NCBI GenBank assembly: GCA_048213135.1
Contig: PS015010.1
Span: 124,001-188,000 of the forward strand
Length of the DNA stretch: 64,000 bases
Direction: 5' to 3'
From: Reclinomonas americana ATCC 50394
Taxonomy: Eukaryota
Within the stretch, counting starts at the first letter, position 1. Each line of letters opens with the position of its first letter. The notes under the pieces are model-generated. The model did not search any database. It was given only the letters and a program-made list of their open reading frames with translations, and was not told where the DNA came from. Of this stretch, positions 23,109 to 33,360 are shown one piece after another. Position numbers and translations under genes: made by a program.

Positions 23109-24629
23109 ATGAAGAAATATATAATGAAATACGGTGCCATCGCCTCGTTAGCTCTTATGGCTGTAGCTAACAGTGGTTGTGGTAAATTAGCCGACTTCGG
23201 AGATACAAATATCAGTCCGAACGGTGTTGCCGAGCCGATCACCAGCGCGTTGCTTACGAATGCACAAGCCGGTATCCCTGGGCAAACCATCACCCTTCAG
23301 CCGCCATCCATGTTCAGCCAGTATCTGGCGGAGATCACTTATCCGGGTATCTCTAAATACACCGGTCTGCAGATCAACTCTTCTGCAGTGTACGTAGGTC
23401 CTTTACAGGATCTGCAGGTGATCATCAACAAAAACTCTGATATCAATTTTGCTCCTAAAGCGGCAAAATATGGTGACAACACCAACCAGATCGCTATCGC
23501 TACCATCCTGAGGGAATACCTTTTCTGGACACTGACCGACAGGTGGGGTGATATCCCTTACTCTCAGGCACTCCAAGGCGCTAATGTTCTGCTGCCTAAA
23601 TACGATGAGCAAAAGGACATCTACACAGGTATCCTGACCAAACTGGCCGGTGCTGTTGATATGTTCAACCCAACTGCGGCTATCGCTAACCCGGTTCAGG
23701 GTGATGTGATCTACGGTGGTAATATCACCAAATGGCGCAAGTTCGCTAATACGCTCAGGATGCTGATCTCTGTTCGTATGAGCAAGCGCTATCCTAATGC
23801 CGGTGAGTTCGCTGCTACTGAATTCAACAAAGCAATGAACAGTACTTATGGTTATATCACTGATAATGCTGACAACTTTGCATTACTGTATACCAGCACT
23901 AACTTCCAGAATCCTTTCCAGGCGCTGAATGTTAGCCAGGATATCGGTGTGGCGCTGACTTACACTGATGCCCTGAACAACATGGGTGATACCCGCCGCA
24001 GCAACATGTGCAACGCAACTAACGGCTGTCCTTACGGTCTGTCTATTGCAGCGCCAATCGGTGGTACTTACGCCCGTGTAATGAACGGTGCTTATGCAAC
24101 TGCAACCAGCACTTCTACTCCGCTCACCCTCATCAGCGCTGCTTCTTCCCTGCTGGCTAAAGCAGAAGCTATTGAAAGGGGATGGGTTCCTGGTATGACT
24201 ACAGCTGATGCACAGGTAGCTTACGAAGCTGCTGTTACAGCTTCTTTTGCTCAATGGGGTGTTACTTTACCAGCTAACTTCCTGACTACTGGTCCTGCCA
24301 ACTACACTACTGGTGGTGGTGGCGGTGCTATCGGTGGTGCAAGCGTTGCAGGTTCTTCTGCCGCTACTACTACTAAACTGCAAAGGATTCAGCTGCAACA
24401 GTGGATCGCTTTCTATCCTGATGGAACACAAGGCTGGAGCAACTTCAGGAGGACAGGTATCCCGGCTTTGAAACCAACCATCAATGCTGAGAATCCAAGC
24501 AAACAAATTCCTCAAAGGTACACCTATGGTACTACTGACTACAGCACTAACCTCGACCAGCTGAACATCGCGCTGGGAAGGATGGGTGGTACTGACTCTC
24601 AGGATACCAAAGTTTGGTGGGCTCAATAA
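23109..24629 (+). CDS. SusD/RagB lipoprotein
   Basis: Lipobox NSGC; LTDRWGDIPYSQAL, PKYD, W..FRRTG.P, KVWW motifs. Confidence 0.93.
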   Translation: MKKYIMKYGAIASLALMAVANSGCGKLADFGDTNISPNGVAEPITSALLTNAQAGIPGQTITLQPPSMFSQYLAEITYPGISKYTGLQINSSAVYVGPLQDLQVIINKNSDINFAPKAAKYGDNTNQIAIATILREYLFWTLTDRWGDIPYSQALQGANVLLPKYDEQKDIYTGILTKLAGAVDMFNPTAAIANPVQGDVIYGGNITKWRKFANTLRMLISVRMSKRYPNAGEFAATEFNKAMNSTYGYITDNADNFALLYTSTNFQNPFQALNVSQDIGVALTYTDALNNMGDTRRSNMCNATNGCPYGLSIAAPIGGTYARVMNGAYATATSTSTPLTLISAASSLLAKAEAIERGWVPGMTTADAQVAYEAAVTASFAQWGVTLPANFLTTGPANYTTGGGGGAIGGASVAGSSAATTTKLQRIQLQQWIAFYPDGTQGWSNFRRTGIPALKPTINAENPSKQIPQRYTYGTTDYSTNLDQLNIALGRMGGTDSQDTKVWWAQ

Positions 24630-24638
24630 AATACTTAC

Positions 24639-24673
24639 GGATTGAATCACCTGGTTTCCGGGTGATTCAATCC
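24639..24673 (+). promoter_or_regulatory. Intergenic hairpin between susD and the next lipoprotein gene
   Basis: GGATTGAATCACC-tggtttccg-GGTGATTCAATCC with no T tract; possible stability or attenuation hairpin. Confidence 0.6.
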
Positions 24674-24710
24674 TGATTATTATTGTAAACAACAACAAAA
24701 CATAATAAAC

Positions 24711-25679
24711 ATGAAATACATTAACCTTGCAAAGAAATTCGCCGTCGTAGCTCTTTGCGCCGCAGCCTTCACTTCTTGCGATAAGAATGATGATGATGCT
24801 GAACCAATTGGCGACAGGGGGCAAACGGTGGTAAAACTGATCAATGGCGGAGATCCCGCCGTAATTCTCTGGTCAGTTGATTTTGTGAACTCTCCGCAAA
24901 CCTTACTGGCAGCAGACCTGCGCAGGGACGTTCCAAACGAAACTGAGCTGAACAAAACCATGACCGTAGTGATTAAGGATGACGTAGCTGCAGTAGCTGC
25001 TGTTGATCCTACACTTGTTCCTCTCCCTACAGCTTACTACACTATCGGTGCTGCAACTCCGAAAGTAGGCGGACAAGGTGGTACTTATACCATCACCCTC
25101 ACTCCCGGTAAATTCGCTGAGCAGATCTACATCACTATCCCTGATGCTACTGTTATGAGCACCAGCACCACTTATGGCCTGGGCTTTACCATCACTTCTG
25201 TTGATGCTGACGGTAAAATCTCTGCTTCAAAATCTATCGTTTACAAAATCGGTGCTAAAAACGCTTATGATGGCGTTTATAAAGTAAGTGGCGTGTTCAC
25301 TCACCCAACTACTGACTATGCTGGTCCTTTCGGTACTCCCGGTCGTGGCGAACCACTGGAAGTTGACCTGGTAACTGTAGGCGCTACCCAGGTTAAAAGG
25401 GTATGTAACCAACCCGGCTGGGGCGGTTATGAAGGCTTCCAGTTCTGGATCACTTCAGGTAATGACCTGACTGGTTTCAGCAACGTATTCCCGATGTATG
25501 ATGTAAACCCTGCAACCAACGTTGTACACGTTTACTCAACCAACGCGGCTAACACTGTTGCCTGGTTTGATGTTGATTCTAAATTCATACCAGCCACGCA
25601 CAGCTTCACTATGCACTACTACTACAATGCTCCTACAAGGGACATTGTTGAGAACTGGGCATACCTGAGGTCAAGGTAA
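24711..25679 (+). CDS. SusCD-associated surface lipoprotein (DUF1735-like)
   Basis: Lipobox FTSC then DKNDDD export-signal-like motif; KNAYDGVY linker. Confidence 0.75.
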   Translation: MKYINLAKKFAVVALCAAAFTSCDKNDDDAEPIGDRGQTVVKLINGGDPAVILWSVDFVNSPQTLLAADLRRDVPNETELNKTMTVVIKDDVAAVAAVDPTLVPLPTAYYTIGAATPKVGGQGGTYTITLTPGKFAEQIYITIPDATVMSTSTTYGLGFTITSVDADGKISASKSIVYKIGAKNAYDGVYKVSGVFTHPTTDYAGPFGTPGRGEPLEVDLVTVGATQVKRVCNQPGWGGYEGFQFWITSGNDLTGFSNVFPMYDVNPATNVVHVYSTNAANTVAWFDVDSKFIPATHSFTMHYYYNAPTRDIVENWAYLRSR

Positions 25680-25700
25680 TCAGTAATTTAACCTTATAAT

Positions 25701-25737
25701 AGAAAAAGGGTTCCTGTTACAGGAGCCCTTTTTCTTT
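25701..25737 (+). terminator. Intrinsic terminator
   Basis: AAAAAGGGTTCCTG-tta-CAGGAGCCCTTTTT. Confidence 0.85.
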
Positions 25738-25763
25738 ATCTTTATGATACAAACAGGAAGACT

Positions 25764-26078
25764 ATGAGCAATCAAAATGAATTACCCGGACAATTGAATA
25801 TCGAAATATCAGAAGAGGTATCAGAAGGTGAATACGCTAACCTCGCTATTATCACACACAGTCATGCTGAATTCGTGATCGACTTTGTGAACGTAATGCC
25901 GGGTACACCCAAAAGCAAAGTAAAGAGCCGTATTATATTAACTCCTTTCCATGCCAAGCGGTTCATGAAGGCTATGATCGATAATGTCAAAAAGTTTGAA
26001 GCGGCCAACGGTACCATACAGGATATGGAAGCTGTGGAGATACCCTTCAACTTTGGCGGCCCCGCGGCACAGGCTTAA
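25764..26078 (+). CDS. DUF3467 protein
   Basis: YANLAIITHSHAEFVIDF, VKSRIILTP.HAKR motifs. Confidence 0.85.
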   Translation: MSNQNELPGQLNIEISEEVSEGEYANLAIITHSHAEFVIDFVNVMPGTPKSKVKSRIILTPFHAKRFMKAMIDNVKKFEAANGTIQDMEAVEIPFNFGGPAAQA

Positions 26079-26082
26079 CGGG

Positions 26083-26790
26083 CTACATATTACCGGAATC
26101 GGCGAAACTGTAATACCCGTCGTCGCTTACAATAATATGATCCAGTAAGCGTATATCCAGGTATTTCAATGCCTGGGCTATTTTTCGTGTAACCACTTCA
26201 TCGGCCCGGCTGGGCTGCAGGTTACCGGAAGGGTGATTGTGACAGATGATCACAGCGCTGGCTTCCTGCTCCAGCGCTTTTTTCAGTATCACTTTGGGAT
26301 CTGCCACGGTGCCTGTAATACCTCCTTTGCTGATGACCTCAAAATGCTTTACCCGGTTGGCTTTGTTCAGGAAAACAACAGCGAACATTTCGTGCCGGTT
26401 ATCTTTCAGCAAAGTACGCAGGTAATGAGCGATATCCTTGCTGGAATGTACGGTGAGCCTGTTTGAAAAGGAAAGCCTGTGCGCATGTCTTCTCCTGCCC
26501 AGTTCCATAACGGCTGCCAGCATAATGGCCTTGGCCTTGCCAATACCTTCCAGCCTCCTGAAATCGGATATGGCCACTTTCCCCAGTTCGCTCAGGTTAT
26601 TGCCGCCAAGCAGCATCACTTCCTTGGCAATCTCCAGCACATTTTTCTCCGGTCGCCCTGCCTGCAGTAATATGGCGATCAATTCTGTATTGCTCAGCGC
26701 TTCTGGACCTTTCGACATTAATTTCTCCCTTGGCTGATCATCTTTCGCCCAATCCTTTATAGATGTGGATGGCTTGTTGACATTTTTCAT
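26083..26790 (-). CDS. radC: RadC family JAB-domain protein
   Basis: DDQPREKL, GIGKAKA, HNHPSGN..PS.AD, LLDHIIV. Confidence 0.93.
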   Translation of the reverse strand: MKNVNKPSTSIKDWAKDDQPREKLMSKGPEALSNTELIAILLQAGRPEKNVLEIAKEVMLLGGNNLSELGKVAISDFRRLEGIGKAKAIMLAAVMELGRRRHAHRLSFSNRLTVHSSKDIAHYLRTLLKDNRHEMFAVVFLNKANRVKHFEVISKGGITGTVADPKVILKKALEQEASAVIICHNHPSGNLQPSRADEVVTRKIAQALKYLDIRLLDHIIVSDDGYYSFADSGNM

Positions 26791-26866
26791 CTAATCAAAT
26801 TTATTTACTGTAAAAAGTAAATGTACTTTCGCATTTCATTATCCCAATTACGTTAACTACTTATAC

Positions 26867-27820
26867 ATGGAGTCAAACGCCAAGATTTTTTCCGGCACAG
26901 GGTCTCAATACCTGGCCGAAAAGATCGCCCAGAAATTCGGAGAACCTTTGGGCAAAGTCAATATCCAGCGATTCAGTGACGGAGAAATTTATGTAGAGTT
27001 CCAGGAAAGCATCAGGGGACGATTTGTGTTCCTTATCCAGAGCACATATGCGCCTTCCGATAACCTGATGGAACTGTTACTGATGATCGATGCCGCCAAA
27101 AGAGCATCGGCTTACAAAGTCATCGCAGTGATCCCTTATTATGGTTTTGCCCGGCAGGACCGGAAAGACAGGCCCAGGGTAGCCATAGGATCGAAACTGG
27201 TAGCCAATATGCTTACCGCCGCTGGGGCAGACAGGGTTATTACCATGGACCTCCACGCCCCGCAGATACAGGGTTATTTTGATATACCGGTAGATCACCT
27301 CGATTCTTCCGCCATATTCATCCCCTATATCGAGAACCTGCAATTGCCCAACCTTACTTTTGCCGCACCGGACGTGGGCAGCGCCAACAGGATCAGGGAA
27401 TTTGCCACTTATTTTGAATGTGAAATGGTGATCTGCGATAAGCACCGTAAAAGGGCCAACGAGATCGCCAGTATGGTGGTGATAGGCGACGTTACCGACC
27501 GCGATGTGGTACTTATAGATGACATCTGCGATACCGGCGGTACCCTGGCTAAAAGTGCCGCTATGATGAAAGAAAAAGGCGCACGCAGCGTACGGGCCCT
27601 GTGTACCCACCCGGTACTCAGTGGCAAAGCCTACGAAAATATCCAGAACAGCGTGCTGGAAGAACTGGTGGTATGCGACACCATTCCCATCAGGAACGAT
27701 TGCAGTAAGATAAAAGTAGTGTCCACCAACGAACTTTTTGCCGTCACCATCCGCAATGCCTTCGAGAACAAGAGCATCAACAGCCTGTTCATGAGGAGCC
27801 GGATGGCCAATAAAAAATAA
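26867..27820 (+). CDS. prs: Ribose-phosphate pyrophosphokinase
   Basis: FSDGE, YARQDRK-like motif, DLHAPQIQG, IDDICDTGGT. Confidence 0.97.
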   Translation: MESNAKIFSGTGSQYLAEKIAQKFGEPLGKVNIQRFSDGEIYVEFQESIRGRFVFLIQSTYAPSDNLMELLLMIDAAKRASAYKVIAVIPYYGFARQDRKDRPRVAIGSKLVANMLTAAGADRVITMDLHAPQIQGYFDIPVDHLDSSAIFIPYIENLQLPNLTFAAPDVGSANRIREFATYFECEMVICDKHRKRANEIASMVVIGDVTDRDVVLIDDICDTGGTLAKSAAMMKEKGARSVRALCTHPVLSGKAYENIQNSVLEELVVCDTIPIRNDCSKIKVVSTNELFAVTIRNAFENKSINSLFMRSRMANKK

Positions 27821-27912
27821 CTGGTAATCAGTATATTATAAAGGGATAAAGGGCTGAAATAAAAGAAAGTCCTTTATCCCTGTTTTTATGGGGTAATTCA
27901 GCCGGGATTGCT

Positions 27913-27920
27913 TACCTTTG
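27913..27920 (+). promoter_or_regulatory. -7 promoter element for rplY
   Basis: TACCTTTG upstream of the A-rich start region. Confidence 0.7.
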
Positions 27921-27943
27921 CGCCTCATAAAAATCAATTTAAA

Positions 27944-28546
27944 ATGAAATCAATTACAATCGAAGGACAACTGAGGACCGAAAGCGGAAAAAAAGCCACC
28001 CGCCAACTTCGCTCTCAGGATCAAGTGCCAGGTGTAATTTACGGTGGTAAACAGGAGATCAATTTCTCTGCACCTGCTCCTGCATTTAAAGACATTGTTT
28101 ACACTTCTGAATTTATCGTAGCTGAAGTAAAGGTTGACGGCAAAACTTACCGTTGCATCCTGAAAGACCTGCAGTTTGACAAAGTGAGCGATCAGCTCAT
28201 CCACGTTGATCTGCTGGAACTGGTAGACGACAAGAAAGTGATCGCAACCCTGCCCGTTAAATTTACAGGAACTCCCGCCGGTGTTAAAGCAGGTGGTAAA
28301 CTGGTACTTAAAATCAAATCCCTGAAGGTAAAGGCCCTGCCTAAAGACCTGAAAGAATACATCGCCGTTGATATCACCAACCTGGAACTCAACGCCAACC
28401 TGAGGGTGGAAGATGTGGTAGCGGAAAACATGGAGATCATGAACTCACCCAGGATCCCAATGGCATCTGTAACCATGACCCGTCAGCTGAAACAGGAAGA
28501 AGCAGCCGCTCCTAAAGCCGGTGCAGCTCCTGCCGCTAAAAAATAA
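27944..28546 (+). CDS. rplY: 50S ribosomal protein L25/Ctc
   Basis: GKKATRQLR...VPGVIYG, HVDL, GVKAGG; start MKSITIEG. Confidence 0.95.
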   Translation: MKSITIEGQLRTESGKKATRQLRSQDQVPGVIYGGKQEINFSAPAPAFKDIVYTSEFIVAEVKVDGKTYRCILKDLQFDKVSDQLIHVDLLELVDDKKVIATLPVKFTGTPAGVKAGGKLVLKIKSLKVKALPKDLKEYIAVDITNLELNANLRVEDVVAENMEIMNSPRIPMASVTMTRQLKQEEAAAPKAGAAPAAKK

Positions 28547-28568
28547 GGTAGTAACACCAATAATAGTG

Positions 28569-28598
28569 ATGCCTTCCCCACCGGGAAGGCATTTTTTT
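28569..28598 (+). terminator. Intrinsic terminator
   Basis: ATGCCTTCCC-cacc-GGGAAGGCAT plus T tract. Confidence 0.85.
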
Positions 28599-28662
28599 AA
28601 CAGCAGGCCAAAGGTTGCAGACATCAAAGTTTGATTACCTTTGCACACTTAAACAGCAAATC

Positions 28663-30504
28663 ATGGGAATGGACAGAAATACGGTCATCGGGTTTATCCT
28701 GATTGGCGTATTGTTAATCGGCATGTTTTATATCAACAGCCGCAGCAGCCAGGCTTACATGGCAGAAAAGAAAAGGATACAGGATTCCGTTGAGGCGTCC
28801 AAACCAAAGAAAGACCCGGCAGTTGTACGGGCCGATTCACTCAGGGCCGATTCACTGAGGCAGCTCCAGTCAAAATTGCCTTCCACCTTTATTACTGATA
28901 CTACAGGGAAGGAAGCGCAACCGGTATTGCAGAATGAGCTCGTAACCATCACCTTCACCAATAAGGGCGGTCAACCCAAAACCGTTGAACTCAGGAAATT
29001 CAAACGTTCCGACGGTAAGCCGCTGATACTGGAAAATGGCAGTTTTAACAACCTTTCCTATGCCATTAACGCGGGGAACAATAAAACACCACAGACATCT
29101 GAAATAGCATTCGTGGCAGGCACACCCGTAACCGGGCCAGACCAGGCACAACAGTTATCTTTCACGCTCAGGGATTCATCGGGCAGGGAAATTGTACACC
29201 AGTACACCCTTCGTCCAAACGAATACAATCTCGATCTCAACATCAGCATGAAAGGCGCCGACCAGTTGCTGACCAACAACCGCCTCAACCTTACCTGGCA
29301 ATCGGAAGCCCGCAAACAGGAGCACGATTATGCTTACGAAAAAGAGCAGTCGGAAATATGCTACCTCGAAAACGGTGATTATGATTTCAACAGGATAGGA
29401 TCGGGCGACGATAAAAAATTCAGTAAACCACTCGAGTGGATCGCGGTAAAACAGCAGTTCTTTGTATCTGCCCTTATGTCCTCCAAAAATAAACTGGAGA
29501 ATACTATGGTGAAATGGGTAGTGCCATCCGATACACTGGGCATTATTACACAAGCCACTACCACAGCGGGTATCAGCCTGCAAGGGTCATCTGTATCGGT
29601 ACCGCTGCAACTGTATTACGGTCCCAGTGATTATAATATCCTGAAGAAGAATGGCAACCAGATGCAGAACATTGTTCCTTATGGAAGCGGCATTTTCGCA
29701 TTTGTAAAATACATCAACAGGCATATCCTTTTGCCTGTGTTCGACTTCCTTAAAAATAACATTGCCAGCATGGGTATCGTAATCCTGTTGCTGACATTGT
29801 TCATACGTTTGATCACCTCGCCCATTCTTTACAAAAGTTATGTAAGCGGTGCCAAAATGAAAGCGCTGAAACCGGAAGTGGACAGGCTGAAAGAGAAATA
29901 TGGTGATGACAAACAGGCCTTCAGCATGGAACAGATGAAACTGTGGAAATCGGCCGGGGTAAGTCCGCTGGGCGGATGTTTACCTGCCCTGCTGCAGATC
30001 CCCATCTTCATGTCGCTTTACTATTTCTTCCAGTCCAATGTGTCGCTTCGCGGGCAGAATTTTCTTTGGGCCAATGACCTGGCGGCATACGACTCCATCG
30101 CCCACCTGCCGTTTTCTATTCCTTTCTATGGCGATCACGTAAGCCTGTTCACCCTTACCGCGGTGGCCACCAGTTTACTGATATCGCTGTACAGTATGAG
30201 CAATATGCAGGACAACAGCAACCCGGTAATGAAATATATGCCGTATATATTCCCCATACTGCTGCTGGGTGTATTCAACCGCCTGCCGGCGGCATTGACC
30301 TGGTATTATACCGTTTCCAATACCATTACGCTGTTACTGCAGATCGTGATCCAGAAATACATCATCAACCATGAAAAGATACTGGCGCAGATAGAGGAGA
30401 ACAGGAAAAGGCCGGTTAAACAAAGTAAATTCCAGGAAAGGCTGCAGGCCATGCAGGAAACGCAGAAGAAGATGCAGGATATGAAAAAGAAGACCGGCAA
30501 ATAA
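28663..30504 (+). CDS. yidC: Membrane protein insertase YidC
   Basis: MDRNTVIGF, FTNKGG, W.AVKQQFF, GGCLPALLQIPIF motifs; TACCTTTG promoter upstream. Confidence 0.95.
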   Translation: MGMDRNTVIGFILIGVLLIGMFYINSRSSQAYMAEKKRIQDSVEASKPKKDPAVVRADSLRADSLRQLQSKLPSTFITDTTGKEAQPVLQNELVTITFTNKGGQPKTVELRKFKRSDGKPLILENGSFNNLSYAINAGNNKTPQTSEIAFVAGTPVTGPDQAQQLSFTLRDSSGREIVHQYTLRPNEYNLDLNISMKGADQLLTNNRLNLTWQSEARKQEHDYAYEKEQSEICYLENGDYDFNRIGSGDDKKFSKPLEWIAVKQQFFVSALMSSKNKLENTMVKWVVPSDTLGIITQATTTAGISLQGSSVSVPLQLYYGPSDYNILKKNGNQMQNIVPYGSGIFAFVKYINRHILLPVFDFLKNNIASMGIVILLLTLFIRLITSPILYKSYVSGAKMKALKPEVDRLKEKYGDDKQAFSMEQMKLWKSAGVSPLGGCLPALLQIPIFMSLYYFFQSNVSLRGQNFLWANDLAAYDSIAHLPFSIPFYGDHVSLFTLTAVATSLLISLYSMSNMQDNSNPVMKYMPYIFPILLLGVFNRLPAALTWYYTVSNTITLLLQIVIQKYIINHEKILAQIEENRKRPVKQSKFQERLQAMQETQKKMQDMKKKTGK

Positions 30505-30527
30505 AACATAAGGAATCGTTAAAATAC

Positions 30528-30566
30528 AAACAGCCTGCAGGCCACCCGGCGTACTGCAGGCTGTTT
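30528..30566 (+). terminator. Hairpin/terminator after yidC
   Basis: AAACAGCCTGCAG...CTGCAGGCTGTTT. Confidence 0.7.
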
Positions 30567-30626
30567 AATTTGTACGCATACCCGATCTTGGCACGGGATT
30601 TTATTACCTTTAATGAAAATTATTCA

Positions 30627-31274
30627 ATGAAGAATATATCTACATGGTTATTGAGTTTACTGGTGATGACAGCTTTCACAAAAGTGGCGGCGCAGAAACA
30701 GGTGACGGATGGTACAGTGATTTATGACGTAACGATTGAGAACGGCGCCAATAAGAGCAGCGCATCTAATACAGTCTATGTTAAAGGCAATAACAGCCGT
30801 ACAGAGATGGTGAGTCCCTTGGGCAGCGAAACCATCATCCATAACGCCAAATCGGCGGGTTCAGTGATCCTGAAGGAGTTCAGCGGACAGAAACTGATGA
30901 TCAAGCTCACAAAGGAAAACTGGGATGCCAAGAACAGGATGTTCAGCAACGTCACTTTCACACCGGCAAGTGAAACCAAAAGCATTGCAGGTTATGCCTG
31001 TAAGAAAGCAGTGGCGAAAACCAGCGATGGCAAAACATTTGACGTGTATTATACGCCCGACCTGGTGATGACGAACAAACAATACGATCCTACATTTGCC
31101 AGCCTTCCCGGCCTGGCGATGGAGTATACCATTGAATCGGGTAAACTCAAATTTACTTACACCGTATCGAAGATCAGTTTTGACCAGGTACCCCTGGCTA
31201 AATTTGATTTCCCTACTTCCGGTTACCGTGTGATGACCTATGAAGAGAACCAGGAAATGAAGAAAGGTAATTAA
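30627..31274 (+). CDS. Secreted GLPGLI/DUF4412-like protein
   Basis: Signal peptide; ETKSIAGYACKKA and SLPGLAMEY motifs. Confidence 0.75.
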   Translation: MKNISTWLLSLLVMTAFTKVAAQKQVTDGTVIYDVTIENGANKSSASNTVYVKGNNSRTEMVSPLGSETIIHNAKSAGSVILKEFSGQKLMIKLTKENWDAKNRMFSNVTFTPASETKSIAGYACKKAVAKTSDGKTFDVYYTPDLVMTNKQYDPTFASLPGLAMEYTIESGKLKFTYTVSKISFDQVPLAKFDFPTSGYRVMTYEENQEMKKGN

Positions 31275-31307
31275 GAAGAGAACGGCAGGAAGAAAGATAA
31301 AGGCATT

Positions 31308-31332
31308 AAAAAAGCCCTTTTAAAAGGGCTTT
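31308..31332. terminator. Bidirectional terminator
   Basis: AAAAAGCCCTTTT/AAAAGGGCTTT between convergent genes. Confidence 0.7.
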
Positions 31333-31335
31333 ATA

Positions 31336-31710
31336 TTAGTGAGGTTTAATGATCAGTTTCATACCGGTGTAACCTTGTTTCATCTCCGGTACAGCAATGA
31401 TTTGCTTATGCGGAATGATGTACACCGTGTTGCCTTTTTGATAGGTAAGCAGTGAAGTGCTTAACGAAGTACTGCCAACTGCCTGTTGCTTCATAAGCAG
31501 GCTGCCGGTATATTTCAGACCTGTATTCAGGTTGAAAGATACAGCTTTGCGAAGTGTAGTGTTATTGGCCGAAATGTTCAGGCTAACCTTCGTGCTTTTT
31601 GTTTTTTTACCAATGCCCCTGTCAGCCAAAGCACTGGCGGTTGTACCTGCAAGTACAGCCATAAACAGCGTTATTTTGGTGAATTTTGTCATCAGGTGCT
31701 TATTTGCCAT
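31336..31710 (-). CDS. Small basic secreted hypothetical protein
   Basis: Signal peptide ending ALA-D; 124 aa, Lys-rich. Confidence 0.65.
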   Translation of the reverse strand: MANKHLMTKFTKITLFMAVLAGTTASALADRGIGKKTKSTKVSLNISANNTTLRKAVSFNLNTGLKYTGSLLMKQQAVGSTSLSTSLLTYQKGNTVYIIPHKQIIAVPEMKQGYTGMKLIIKPH

Positions 31711-31851
31711 ACAAATATATCAAATAATTTTTGGAATTCCTTAACCGTTCATCCAATCTTTTTACACTTATTTAACGTTTGTCCGGGAAAATAGTTACAA
31801 AAACTTGTTTTTTTCTTCAAAACACCCTAATTTACAATAACCTATATTCGA

Positions 31852-33273
31852 ATGAGTAAACACCCCTACCGCCAGGACAGAGAGGAAATAAGGGCACTGC
31901 TCCTCCAGTTTGAGAACCTCAAATCCGGCAAATCCAACTCCTTCCTCGAAGAGGAATCATTTGAGCGGTTAATCGACTATTTTGATGAAAAAGAACAGCT
32001 GGCAGAAGGCCTGGAAGTGGCCGAATACGGCATTGCTCAGTATCCTTACTCTGCCGCCCTGCTGATCAGGAAAGCCGACCTGATGATTGCCCTGAAGCAA
32101 TACCGGGAGGCCCTGGATATACTGGAACAGGCGGAACTGCTCGACAGCAAGGACACCACGCTGTATATCCTTAAAACGGATGCCTACCTGGCACTCGACC
32201 AGCAGGAAAAGGCCGCAGCCATACTGGAAGCCGCCCTGGACGATTTTGACGGTGAGGAAAGGATCGATCTTTTATTTGAACTGGCGGATGTATACGATGA
32301 CTACGAAAACTTTGAAAAAGTATTCGATTGCCTTAAAACCATCCTGGAACAGGAACCCAATAACGAAGAGGCTTTGTACAAGATCTGTTTCTGGACTGAC
32401 TTCACCGGCAGGAACGAGGAAGGTATACGCCTGCACCAGCGCATAATCGAGGAATTTCCTTTCAATGAGCTGGCCTGGTTTAACCTGGGTGCGGCCTACC
32501 AGGGACTGAAATTGTATGAGAAAGCCATAGATGCCTACCAGTACGCCGTTGCCATAGACGAAAAATTTGATTATGCCTGGCGCAATATGGGCGACGCCCT
32601 CATCAGGCTGCACCGCTATAAAGATGCCATCGAAGTATTGGAAAAAGTGCTGGAACTGGCCCGCCCTGAAGATGTGATCTATGAAGCTATCGGGCACTGC
32701 TACGATAAAATGGCCAACTTCGCCCAGGCCCGTTTTCATTACAAAAAAGCGAGCCACCTTAACCAGGACGACAGCCAGTTGCATTACAAGATCGCCTGCA
32801 CCTACATGAATGAAGGCAACTGGGAAAGCGCCATCAAAAACCTTGAAGTAGCCATGCGCATCCACAAGATGCAGCCGGAATACAACCTGGCTATGGGGCA
32901 GTGCTGCATGAACCTGGACCGGCTCGACGATGCCATTACTTACCTGGGAACCGTGGTACGCATCCGCCCCAGGAATATCACCGGCTGGACGGAACTGCTG
33001 CGTTGCCTCTACAAGGCTGAAATGTATGAAGAAGCCCTGGAGTACGCCGGTTTCGCGTTTGAGCAAACAGAAGGCAAACCCATTTTTCTTTTCTATAAAA
33101 GCGCCATCCTGTACGCCATGAGCAGGTCGAAAGAAGCCCTGCTTCAGTTGGAAGAGGGCATGGCACGCAATCCCAAACTCATTAAGAAATTTATAGAACT
33201 GAACCCTGCCATCCTGCAAAACCAGCAGGTGGTGGACATTATAGCCCGGTTCAAAAAGAAGCGTTCCATATAG
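31852..33273 (+). CDS. Tetratricopeptide repeat protein
   Basis: Multiple TPRs, e.g. AWFNLGAAYQGLKLYEKAIDAY. Confidence 0.9.
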   Translation: MSKHPYRQDREEIRALLLQFENLKSGKSNSFLEEESFERLIDYFDEKEQLAEGLEVAEYGIAQYPYSAALLIRKADLMIALKQYREALDILEQAELLDSKDTTLYILKTDAYLALDQQEKAAAILEAALDDFDGEERIDLLFELADVYDDYENFEKVFDCLKTILEQEPNNEEALYKICFWTDFTGRNEEGIRLHQRIIEEFPFNELAWFNLGAAYQGLKLYEKAIDAYQYAVAIDEKFDYAWRNMGDALIRLHRYKDAIEVLEKVLELARPEDVIYEAIGHCYDKMANFAQARFHYKKASHLNQDDSQLHYKIACTYMNEGNWESAIKNLEVAMRIHKMQPEYNLAMGQCCMNLDRLDDAITYLGTVVRIRPRNITGWTELLRCLYKAEMYEEALEYAGFAFEQTEGKPIFLFYKSAILYAMSRSKEALLQLEEGMARNPKLIKKFIELNPAILQNQQVVDIIARFKKKRSI

Positions 33274-33360
33274 TCTACCGGATCACTAGGCTTTATTTCC
33301 GTTTATGCATTGGGTTTTCAGTTGCACAACTTATCTTTGCCATCCATAAACAAAGCATGT

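Noticed and set aside
26083..26790. radC as a mobile-element marker
   Set aside because: Full-length chromosomal type with the N-terminal HhH region, in housekeeping context next to prs
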